This document shows, piece by piece, positions 24,456-31,500 of a stretch of 41,101 nt of DNA. Positions within the stretch are counted from its first letter, which is position 1. Every line of letters begins with the position of its first letter. Origin of the DNA: a virus (lineage: Duplodnaviria > Caudoviricetes); the IMG/VR virus record IMGVR_UViG_3300010362_000009, positions 1 through 41,101 of that record. One strand, 5' to 3'. A program made the translations under genes and the position numbers. Under the pieces are notes generated by a model. It was not told the origin of the DNA, did not search any database, and saw nothing but the letters and a program-made list of their open reading frames with translations.

Positions 24456-27400
24456 GTGCAGTCCAGCACAAGTCGAGCCGCTCACCAGTTTGCTAACGAT
24501 GGCTTCTACGTCCTGCCGCTGTGGTGGATCGAGGACGGCGAGTGCGCCTGCCGAGCGCATGGATACAACGGGGCGTGCAAGCCCGGTAAGCATCCGATCG
24601 GCAACCTGGTCCCGAACGCGCACGCGGACGCGACCATTGATCCCGCGGTCATAACGACCTGGTTCACGCTGCACCCCAAGGCGAACGTCGGTATCGCGCT
24701 CGGCCCGTCGGGGCTGGTCGACGTCGCGCCGGACTCGATCGAGTGGTTCGCCGAGTTCGTCGGTCGCGGCCTGCCGCTGACGATGCACTTCGCCAGTGGT
24801 GGCGGCAGCGGCCACGAGCACTGGCTGTATCGACGCGGCGACATGCCTGCCGTACGGATAGCGAGGCGCGGTAAGTTCGACGTGCTGAGCGACGGCTACT
24901 GCGTTGCGCCGCCGTCGACCACCGAGCGCGAGTATCGCTGGATCGACCAGGTGGTGCCCGTCGACGTGCCGCAGTGGGTGTGCCAGTTCGTCCTGGACTA
25001 CATCATCGAACGCGACCAGGCATCCGACGAGGCGGTCGTGCCCGCTGGCACCGACGTGCCGCCGGTCGATTTGTTCGGCGATCAGTGGGCGATCTGGAAC
25101 GGCCAGGTGGCAGGCGACCGCAGCAATATGCTGGTCGACATTGCCAGGATGCTGAGCATGGCCGGCTGCACCGACGTCGAGGTCATCGCCAGCGTCCTGG
25201 CGGAGCGTGACGTGACGCTCGGACTGAACAAGTACGCGACCAGGCGCGATGCCTCGAGGCGCTACCGCGAAATCGCGCTGCGCTACGGCACGCCGCCGCT
25301 GACGGCGAAGCTGTCTGGCGCAGGTGGTTCCGCGGTACCGAACATAGGGGTTGGAACCGGGGAACCACCTGGCGCGCAAGAGGCTACCCCCTTCGGGGGT
25401 AGAGGTTCCGGCGGCTTGATCAGGTGGCGGAACCACTCAGAAACGCTGGCGATGCGCCCGCCCGCGGTGGACTGGCTGATCGAGGGCATCTTCGGGCGCA
25501 CGTTGATCACTGAAGTGGTCGCCAAGGTCAAGGTCGGTAAGACCACCTTCGTCCTGGGCGGGCTGCGCGCTGGTATCGCCGGTGACGAGCTCTACTGCGG
25601 TCGTATCGTGAGCGGTCCGTTCCGCGTGGCGTACGTCACCGAAGAGGGCGAGAGCACCTTTCTGGAGGCGATGCGGCGCTACGGGCTGAACGACCTGGTC
25701 GAGCAGGACGCCTTCTACACCGTCTTCGACTACGAGACGCTGCCAGGACCGTTCAGCAAACAGATAGACGAGCTCATCGAACATGCGACCGCGGATCAGG
25801 TTGACGTCGTCATCCTGGACACGCTGTCGATCATCGCCGGGCTGGACGAGGAAGACCACGCCGGTAAAGCTGCGACAGAAATGCACCACGTTCGACGCCT
25901 CGCCGCGGCTGGTTTCGCGGTCGGCATTCTTCGGCATAGCCGTAAGTCGGGAGGCGAGGTCGGCGACGCGGGTCGCGGCTCGAGCGCCATCAGCGGTTAC
26001 TGCGACATTCTGCTTCAGCTTGAGCCGTACAAGGGCGACGAGGACACCAGCAACTTGCGCGTGCTGAAGAGTCGCTCGCGGCTGAGCATGACCGAGCCGC
26101 TGGTTCTGGAGTTCGACAAGGAAACCGAGCGGTACACCGCGCTCGGCGTGGTGCAGACCAAAGAAGAGCGACTTGCCGAGAAGATTCAGGCGACGCTGGT
26201 CACGCACAAGGCGTTCGACTTCGACCGCGCCATGTCGACCAACCAGGTAACGATGGCGACGAAGGGCAACCGTGCCGGTATCCAGCGCGAGCTCAAGGAG
26301 ATGGGGCTGCGCGGTGACCTCCATCACGCGCAGCGCGGTCAAGCAGAGGTCTACTGGACCGACGAGCCGCTGACCGCGCACATCACTCACCAGGTGGTAC
26401 CAGCCGATTTGGAACCAGTGGAACCACCTGAACAGCAACCCCCTACGGGGGTTGAGCCCGAACCCGAAAAAGAACCAGGTGGTACCGACCTACCTACTCC
26501 CCTTAAGGGGAGGGGTCGGGGAACCACCCACAAGGAACCGAGCCCCGAAGCGGTCGCGAAACGGGCTGAAGAAAAGGCGGCGCGCGAGCTCGCTCGGCTC
26601 GAGGCGGCTGACGCCACGGCGCCGACGCTCGAGTACGTCGCGATCACCGAGACGTACAAGCTGCCGCAGTACCTCGCCACGCTGAGCACCGCGGCGTGCG
26701 CGTTGGACACGGAGACAACCGGCCTGTCGGCGCATCACCAGCGGATGCGGACGATCAACCTGTCCGACGGCGTGACCCACCTGGTCATCGACTCGTGGAA
26801 GATGACCGACCTGTCGCCGCTCCAGCGTTACCTCGACAAGGTCGGCAGCGTCAGGATGCACACGTACCTGTTCGACCTGGCGTTCCTGGCGACGCGCGGC
26901 ATTGCGGTCGACCCGAGCAAGATCGTGGACGTCAAGACCATGTCGATGGTGCTCGAGTCGAAGGAAGACTGGACCGACTATCGGCTCCAGGGCATCGCGA
27001 AGCGGCATCTCGCTGAGCACGTCGACAAGGCCGAGCAGAAGCGTGGGTGGGATGCGCCGGACCTTCGGCACGCGAAGCTGGCCTACGCCGCGGAAGACGC
27101 GCGCGTCACGTTCGCTGCCGCGGATGCGCTCGAGGCGAAGCTGCTCGCTGACGCAGACGTCGACTCGCTGAGCTACTGCCTGTCGCTCGAGCAGGACGTC
27201 CAGGCCGCGACCTGGTGGCTCGCATCCGCGGGCGTGCCGTGCGATCGAACCATGCTCAAGGACGCTATCGCGCAACAGGAGACGCTGATGGACGATCGTC
27301 TCCAGGAGCTCAATGCCATCGCCGCGGTCGGAACGGAAACGAACTGGCGTTCACCGGCGCAGGTGCTGCCGATCCTCCAGGAGCGCGGCCTCGACGTCTA

Positions 27401-28337
27401 CTCGACGGGAGTCGACGCGCTGATGGAGGCGCAGTCGGACGATCCGATTGTCGACGCGCTGCTGAAGTACCGCTCGGCGGGGACGTGTCTGGGACTGCTC
27501 CAGAAGACGCTGGCGTGCGTCGCCGACGACGGGCGCATCTATGCGTCGTTCAATCCGATCGGCGCACAGACGGGCCGTACAAGCTGCTCTGAGCCGAACC
27601 TCCAGCAGCTACCGCACGAGACGCTCGCGCGTAGCGCCATACGGCCAGGACCAGGTCGCGTGTTCGTCCGCGCCGACTACTCGCAACTGCAAATCGTCAT
27701 TGCGGCGTGGCTGTCGGACGATCCGACGATGAAGCGCATCCTGAACACGCCCGGCGGCGACGTGCATACCGCGACCGCGCAAGCGGTGGGCTGTACGCGC
27801 CAGGAGGCCAAGGCGATCAACTTCGGGTTCCTGTTCGGCGCCGGTGCTGAGACGTTCCGTCGAGAGCAGCGCAAGAACGGCATCATCCTGAGCGACGAGC
27901 AAGCTCTCGCCTACCGTCGCAAGTTCATGTCGACCTACCCGGGCATCCGTAAGTGGCACCGCGGCCTGGGGGAGTGGGGCACCGAAGCGGAGGTCATCGA
28001 CTTCACTGGCTCCGGTAGGAGGCGTCTGGCGATTTTCTCGAACAACGTCAAGGCCAACACGCCGGTGCAGATGGCTGAGGCGCATGGCTTCAAGCTGGCG
28101 CTGAAGCGCCTGTACGAGACGCGCGAGGCCGTGCCTTCGGCAAGGCTGGTGATGATGGTTCACGACGAGCTCATCGCCGAATGCGACGTCGGCGAGGCCG
28201 ACCTGGTCGGTCAGTGGCTGGTCTCGAACATGGTCGCGGCGATGCAGCCGCTGGTCGAGGGCGTCGTCGTCAGGGTCGACCCCGTAACCGTGCCGAGCTA
28301 CTCGGACGAGGACAAACGCAATGCCGATCTACGTTGA
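24456..28337 (+). CDS. Multifunctional replicase: AEP Prim-Pol primase + AAA_25/RepA-like helicase + 3'-5' exonuclease + family A DNA polymerase (~1293 aa from GTG 24456)
   Basis: GFYVLPL, GKHP, ANVGIA, GYCVAPPS; AKVKVGKTT, VVILDT, HSRK, GRGSSA; ALDTETTGL, YAAED; TGRTSCSEPNLQQLP, ADYSQ, AKAINFG, MVHDEL. Confidence 0.9.
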   Translation: MQSSTSRAAHQFANDGFYVLPLWWIEDGECACRAHGYNGACKPGKHPIGNLVPNAHADATIDPAVITTWFTLHPKANVGIALGPSGLVDVAPDSIEWFAEFVGRGLPLTMHFASGGGSGHEHWLYRRGDMPAVRIARRGKFDVLSDGYCVAPPSTTEREYRWIDQVVPVDVPQWVCQFVLDYIIERDQASDEAVVPAGTDVPPVDLFGDQWAIWNGQVAGDRSNMLVDIARMLSMAGCTDVEVIASVLAERDVTLGLNKYATRRDASRRYREIALRYGTPPLTAKLSGAGGSAVPNIGVGTGEPPGAQEATPFGGRGSGGLIRWRNHSETLAMRPPAVDWLIEGIFGRTLITEVVAKVKVGKTTFVLGGLRAGIAGDELYCGRIVSGPFRVAYVTEEGESTFLEAMRRYGLNDLVEQDAFYTVFDYETLPGPFSKQIDELIEHATADQVDVVILDTLSIIAGLDEEDHAGKAATEMHHVRRLAAAGFAVGILRHSRKSGGEVGDAGRGSSAISGYCDILLQLEPYKGDEDTSNLRVLKSRSRLSMTEPLVLEFDKETERYTALGVVQTKEERLAEKIQATLVTHKAFDFDRAMSTNQVTMATKGNRAGIQRELKEMGLRGDLHHAQRGQAEVYWTDEPLTAHITHQVVPADLEPVEPPEQQPPTGVEPEPEKEPGGTDLPTPLKGRGRGTTHKEPSPEAVAKRAEEKAARELARLEAADATAPTLEYVAITETYKLPQYLATLSTAACALDTETTGLSAHHQRMRTINLSDGVTHLVIDSWKMTDLSPLQRYLDKVGSVRMHTYLFDLAFLATRGIAVDPSKIVDVKTMSMVLESKEDWTDYRLQGIAKRHLAEHVDKAEQKRGWDAPDLRHAKLAYAAEDARVTFAAADALEAKLLADADVDSLSYCLSLEQDVQAATWWLASAGVPCDRTMLKDAIAQQETLMDDRLQELNAIAAVGTETNWRSPAQVLPILQERGLDVYSTGVDALMEAQSDDPIVDALLKYRSAGTCLGLLQKTLACVADDGRIYASFNPIGAQTGRTSCSEPNLQQLPHETLARSAIRPGPGRVFVRADYSQLQIVIAAWLSDDPTMKRILNTPGGDVHTATAQAVGCTRQEAKAINFGFLFGAGAETFRREQRKNGIILSDEQALAYRRKFMSTYPGIRKWHRGLGEWGTEAEVIDFTGSGRRRLAIFSNNVKANTPVQMAEAHGFKLALKRLYETREAVPSARLVMMVHDELIAECDVGEADLVGQWLVSNMVAAMQPLVEGVVVRVDPVTVPSYSDEDKRNADLR
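25321..25436. repeat. Origin-like repeat cluster A in the primase-helicase linker
   Basis: CAGGTGGTTCC(25321)/GGAACCACCTG(25361) inverted pair, further GGAACC/GGTTCC copies, hairpin CTACCCCC-TTC-GGGGGTAG (25384-25402). Confidence 0.7.
26391..26540. repeat. Origin-like repeat cluster B in the helicase-polymerase linker
   Basis: CAGGTGGTACC twice, GGAACCACCTG (26420), CAACCCCC-TAC-GGGGGTTG (26436-26454), palindrome CTCCCCTTAAGGGGAG (26497-26512). Confidence 0.75.
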
Positions 28338-28461
28338 ATCGCCGACCGAGAAGATGATGCGCGAGTTGAAGGAACGTGAGCTCGCCTTGCTGGAACGTCT
28401 CGCTGAGGCGCTCGAGCGCATCGCCAGCAATTTGGAGGAACGTTGGGATGCCGGTCGATAA
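28321..28461 (+). CDS. 46-aa coiled-coil peptide (MPIYVESPTEKMMRELKERELALLERLAEALERIASNLEERWDAGR)
   Basis: GAGG SD; overlaps both neighbours; LERIA heptad motif. Confidence 0.65.
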   Translation: MPIYVESPTEKMMRELKERELALLERLAEALERIASNLEERWDAGR

Positions 28462-29365
28462 CGTCCTACTTCCCGTCACACATCACTGGTCTGCGTCCAG
28501 GTTCATGCTGTTCGAGCAATGCCCCAGGGCCTTCCAGGACCGCTACATCAACGGCCTTGCGTCCGAGCCAAGCTTGGCTATGCTGTTCGGGCATAGCGTG
28601 CACACTGCTCTGGAGGCACTCCACCAGGGGCACCGGGGCGTGTGCCGTAACGGCTGCGCCGACGGCCACTTGGCGAGCGGAGCGAGCCTCGCTAACGCTC
28701 GGCTGGAAGAGGCACGGTCGCGTTACTTCAGGGAGTTCGACTCGATGCGGGCGCGGCTCGCCGAAGTCGACGTGACCGTCGACGGCACGCTGTACCTCGA
28801 GGGTTTACGCATGATCGACCAGGTGAATTACCTGGGCCTGAACCGTGATGGCGAGTCGCGGAGCGAGCGAAGGATCACGATTCCTACGAGTTGGGGCGGT
28901 CTGGACTGGCCGGTCGTTGGCGCGGTCGATCTGTGGTCGCCGCCGTGGTCGCAGCACGGTGCGGTGGTGTGGGACTTCAAGACGACGGTGGGATCGTGGA
29001 GCGAAACCAGAGCCGGCAAGGAGACGTGGCAACCGCTGCTGTACAGTTGGGCCTACGTGAGGGCGTACGACGTGATTCCCACATTCCGGTACCTGGTGCT
29101 GTCGCGAACGACGGGTGAGCTCAACACCTTCGACCGAGTCTGGAAGACGAGGCGCGACTTCGACCGCGACCTGGAGACGCTCGAGTTCGTCGCCGAAGAA
29201 ATCGCCGAGGCGGTAGCCGAAGGCCGCTACGACTGCACGCGCGGTCATGGGACGTGCCTCGAGTGCGGAGCACCCTTCGGCCACGGCCACGTCTGCGCCA
29301 CGCCAAAGCGAAGCAAGCTGAAGCTCAGCGGAGCCGGGCAAGCAGCTAGCTACGCATCGGGCTGA
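28448..29365 (+). CDS. PD-(D/E)XK RecB/AddB/Cas4-like exonuclease, 305 aa
   Basis: GGAGG SD and ATG 28448; WSASR...CPR, G..VH..LE, GAVDL, WDFKT, C-terminal Cys cluster. Confidence 0.85.
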   Translation: MPVDNVLLPVTHHWSASRFMLFEQCPRAFQDRYINGLASEPSLAMLFGHSVHTALEALHQGHRGVCRNGCADGHLASGASLANARLEEARSRYFREFDSMRARLAEVDVTVDGTLYLEGLRMIDQVNYLGLNRDGESRSERRITIPTSWGGLDWPVVGAVDLWSPPWSQHGAVVWDFKTTVGSWSETRAGKETWQPLLYSWAYVRAYDVIPTFRYLVLSRTTGELNTFDRVWKTRRDFDRDLETLEFVAEEIAEAVAEGRYDCTRGHGTCLECGAPFGHGHVCATPKRSKLKLSGAGQAASYASG

Positions 29366-29367
29366 GC

Positions 29368-29814
29368 ATGAGCGGTTCCGTAGGTTGGCTGGTCTGCCGG
29401 GCCAAGAAATCGGACGGCACACCGTGCAAGGCACCGGTCATCCGCGGGGCTCGTGTCTGTCGTTCACACGGTGGGAGTACGCGGCACGTCAAGGACGCTG
29501 CGGCGAAGCGCCTGGACGAGCTCGTGATGCCGAGCATCAGCAAGCTGCGAACGATCATGCTCAGAGGCGAGACGCACGCCGTTCAGCTAAAAGCAGCAGA
29601 GTCGATCCTCGATCGGGCTGGCATCGTGGCGCGTCAGGACGTGACGGTCGACAACAACATCACGGTTACCGTGGCCTACGCGGACGTCGTCCAGGAGGCG
29701 AAGCGCGTCGTCGCCGACAACACCATCGACGTGACCTACGCCTTACCAGGGCAAAAAGAAACCGCCCCGGAGGGCGGTCAAGCTAACGGTCGAGAGAACG
29801 GGTCAGAACATTGA
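29368..29814 (+). CDS. terS: Terminase small subunit (HGGxSTG-type N-terminus)
   Basis: CRAKKSDGTPCKAP...CRSHGGST; AAESILDRAG; upstream of terL. Confidence 0.75.
   Translation: MSGSVGWLVCRAKKSDGTPCKAPVIRGARVCRSHGGSTRHVKDAAAKRLDELVMPSISKLRTIMLRGETHAVQLKAAESILDRAGIVARQDVTVDNNITVTVAYADVVQEAKRVVADNTIDVTYALPGQKETAPEGGQANGRENGSEH
29753..29778 (-). terminator. Intrinsic terminator of the antisense cassette
   Basis: ACCGCCC-TCCG-GGGCGGT followed by TTCTTTTT on the minus strand. Confidence 0.8.
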
Positions 29815-30048
29815 CGACGGCGCCGCGGCTAGGGCTCGAGCAACCTGCTGACGAACGGCGATCTGGCGGCGAACCTCGCAGGTAGCCTCCCATAGGAAGC
29901 GGTGACGAGCCTGGAGCGTTCCGACGCCGGGGTAGCGCGCGGTCACCACGTAGAAGCCGTGCGAGTCCTGGCGGTATTGAGTCGGCCACTCGTCAGCGTT
30001 GGCGAGGGCGACGCCGTGAACGGTATCGAACATGGAAAGCTGTTCCAT
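29803..30048 (-). CDS. Hypothetical protein, 81 aa, with N-terminal QLSMF
   Basis: GAGG SD; TGATG coupling to the upstream peptide. Confidence 0.7.
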   Translation of the reverse strand: MEQLSMFDTVHGVALANADEWPTQYRQDSHGFYVVTARYPGVGTLQARHRFLWEATCEVRRQIAVRQQVARALAAAPSSMF

Positions 30049-30197
30049 CACTTGGCCTCAATCTTTCGGAGAGGAGCGTGGTCGGGGTGAGTGACAACCA
30101 GGCGGTCGGCGCAGTCGGTGCAGAGGCGGGTAAGGCCGCACAGCCAGTAGGTGCCAGTTAGTCGGATGCGGCAGGCGAAGCAGCGTCGTGAGGTCAT
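30048..30197 (-). CDS. 49-aa CxxC...CxxC zinc-finger peptide (MTSRRCFACRIRLTGTYWLCGLTRLCTDCADRLVVTHPDHAPLRKIEAK)
   Basis: Begins 8 nt after the -10 of promoter copy 3; too short for the ORF track. Confidence 0.7.
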   Translation of the reverse strand: MTSRRCFACRIRLTGTYWLCGLTRLCTDCADRLVVTHPDHAPLRKIEAK

Positions 30198-30234
30198 GAT
30201 GGACTACTGTAATCCACCACGCTGAGCCTGTCAA
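30198..30234 (-). promoter_or_regulatory. Leaderless sigma70-type promoter, copy 3
   Basis: TTGACA(30234-30229)-N17-TACAGT(30211-30206)-AGTCCATC-ATG. Confidence 0.85.
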
Positions 30235-31500
30235 GTGCCCAATTTCCAGGTCACACTACCGAGACCTCACGCTGCTCAGGCGCAGATTCGACGTGAGGCG
30301 AGGCGACACAACGTCGTCGCGCTAGGCCGCAGAAGCGGAAAGTCAACGATGGGTCACGAGCTCGTCGTCAGGACGGCGTTGGACGGGCAACCAGCCGGCT
30401 GGTTCGGGCCGACGTACAAGCTCCTGGAAGAAAGCTGGCGCGAGCTCAAGCGCATTCTCGGCCCCGTCGTCACACTCAAGAGCGAGCAGGAGCATCGGCT
30501 CGAGCTCTACGGCGGCGGCACGATCGAGTGCTGGTCAATGGATACCGGCGACCCTGCCCGCGGTCGTAAGTACAAGCGCATCGTGGTCGATGAGGCGGCG
30601 ATGGTGCCCAACCTGCTCGATATCTGGAACCAGGCGCTGAGGCCAACGCTCGCTGACTTCGCCGGCGAAAGCTGGTGGCTTTCCACGCCTCGTGGACTCA
30701 ACGACTTCTACGTGCTCTACCAGCGCGGTCAGGACGAGCTCGAGACTGACTGGCAGTCGTGGCAGATGCCGACGTCGGTCAACCCGCACATCAACCAGGA
30801 CGAGTTGGCGGCGGCACGCCGAGAGATGCCCGAGCGCGACTACGCGCAGGAGTTCGAGGCGCGCTTCCTGCAAGTCGAAGGTGCGGGCGTGTTCCGCGGC
30901 GTTGGCGCGGTCTCGAGACTGAAGCCGCAGGGTCCGACTCGCGGGCACGTTCACGTCTTCGGCGTGGATTGGGGGCGCAGCAACGACTACACGGTCGTCA
31001 CGGTGATCGATGCGACGCTGATGGAGCAGCGCGTCATTGACCGCTACAGCCAGGTCGAGTGGGAGTTCCAGACCGAGCGGCTGCACAAGCTGGCGGAGGT
31101 CTTCCACCCGCTGACGATCGTGGCGGAGGCCAACAGCATGGGCTCGCCGCTCGTGGAGCGGCTCCAGCGCGGCTACGCCAGGTTGATCGGTGCTCCGCGG
31201 CAACCGCTGCCGGTCTACGGCTGGACGGCAACCAACGCGAGCAAAGCCGCGGCGATCCAGGCGCTGTCGCTCGGTATCGAGCAGGGCCACGTCACGCTGC
31301 TGAACGACCAGGTCCAGGCCGGCGAGCTCCTGGCGTACGAGGCGAAGGTGTCCGTTACGGGAATGTTGAGATACAGTGCACCGCCAGGGATGCACGATGA
31401 CTGCGTCACTGCGCTTAGCCTCGCCTACCTTGGCTCGCAGCACGAGCGCGCAGCGCCGCAGTCCAGGTCGCATTACGGCTTCGCAAGCTCGAGGCGCTGA
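30235..31500 (+). CDS. terL: Terminase large subunit, 421 aa
   Basis: GRRSGKS Walker A, IVVDEAA Walker B, LSTPRG, GVDWG nuclease motif, MHDDCV. Confidence 0.95.
   Translation: MPNFQVTLPRPHAAQAQIRREARRHNVVALGRRSGKSTMGHELVVRTALDGQPAGWFGPTYKLLEESWRELKRILGPVVTLKSEQEHRLELYGGGTIECWSMDTGDPARGRKYKRIVVDEAAMVPNLLDIWNQALRPTLADFAGESWWLSTPRGLNDFYVLYQRGQDELETDWQSWQMPTSVNPHINQDELAAARREMPERDYAQEFEARFLQVEGAGVFRGVGAVSRLKPQGPTRGHVHVFGVDWGRSNDYTVVTVIDATLMEQRVIDRYSQVEWEFQTERLHKLAEVFHPLTIVAEANSMGSPLVERLQRGYARLIGAPRQPLPVYGWTATNASKAAAIQALSLGIEQGHVTLLNDQVQAGELLAYEAKVSVTGMLRYSAPPGMHDDCVTALSLAYLGSQHERAAPQSRSHYGFASSRR

Noticed and set aside
28448-29365. CRISPR-Cas locus suggested by the Cas4-like nuclease
   Set aside because: No repeat-spacer array or other cas genes; such nucleases are routine in phage recombination modules
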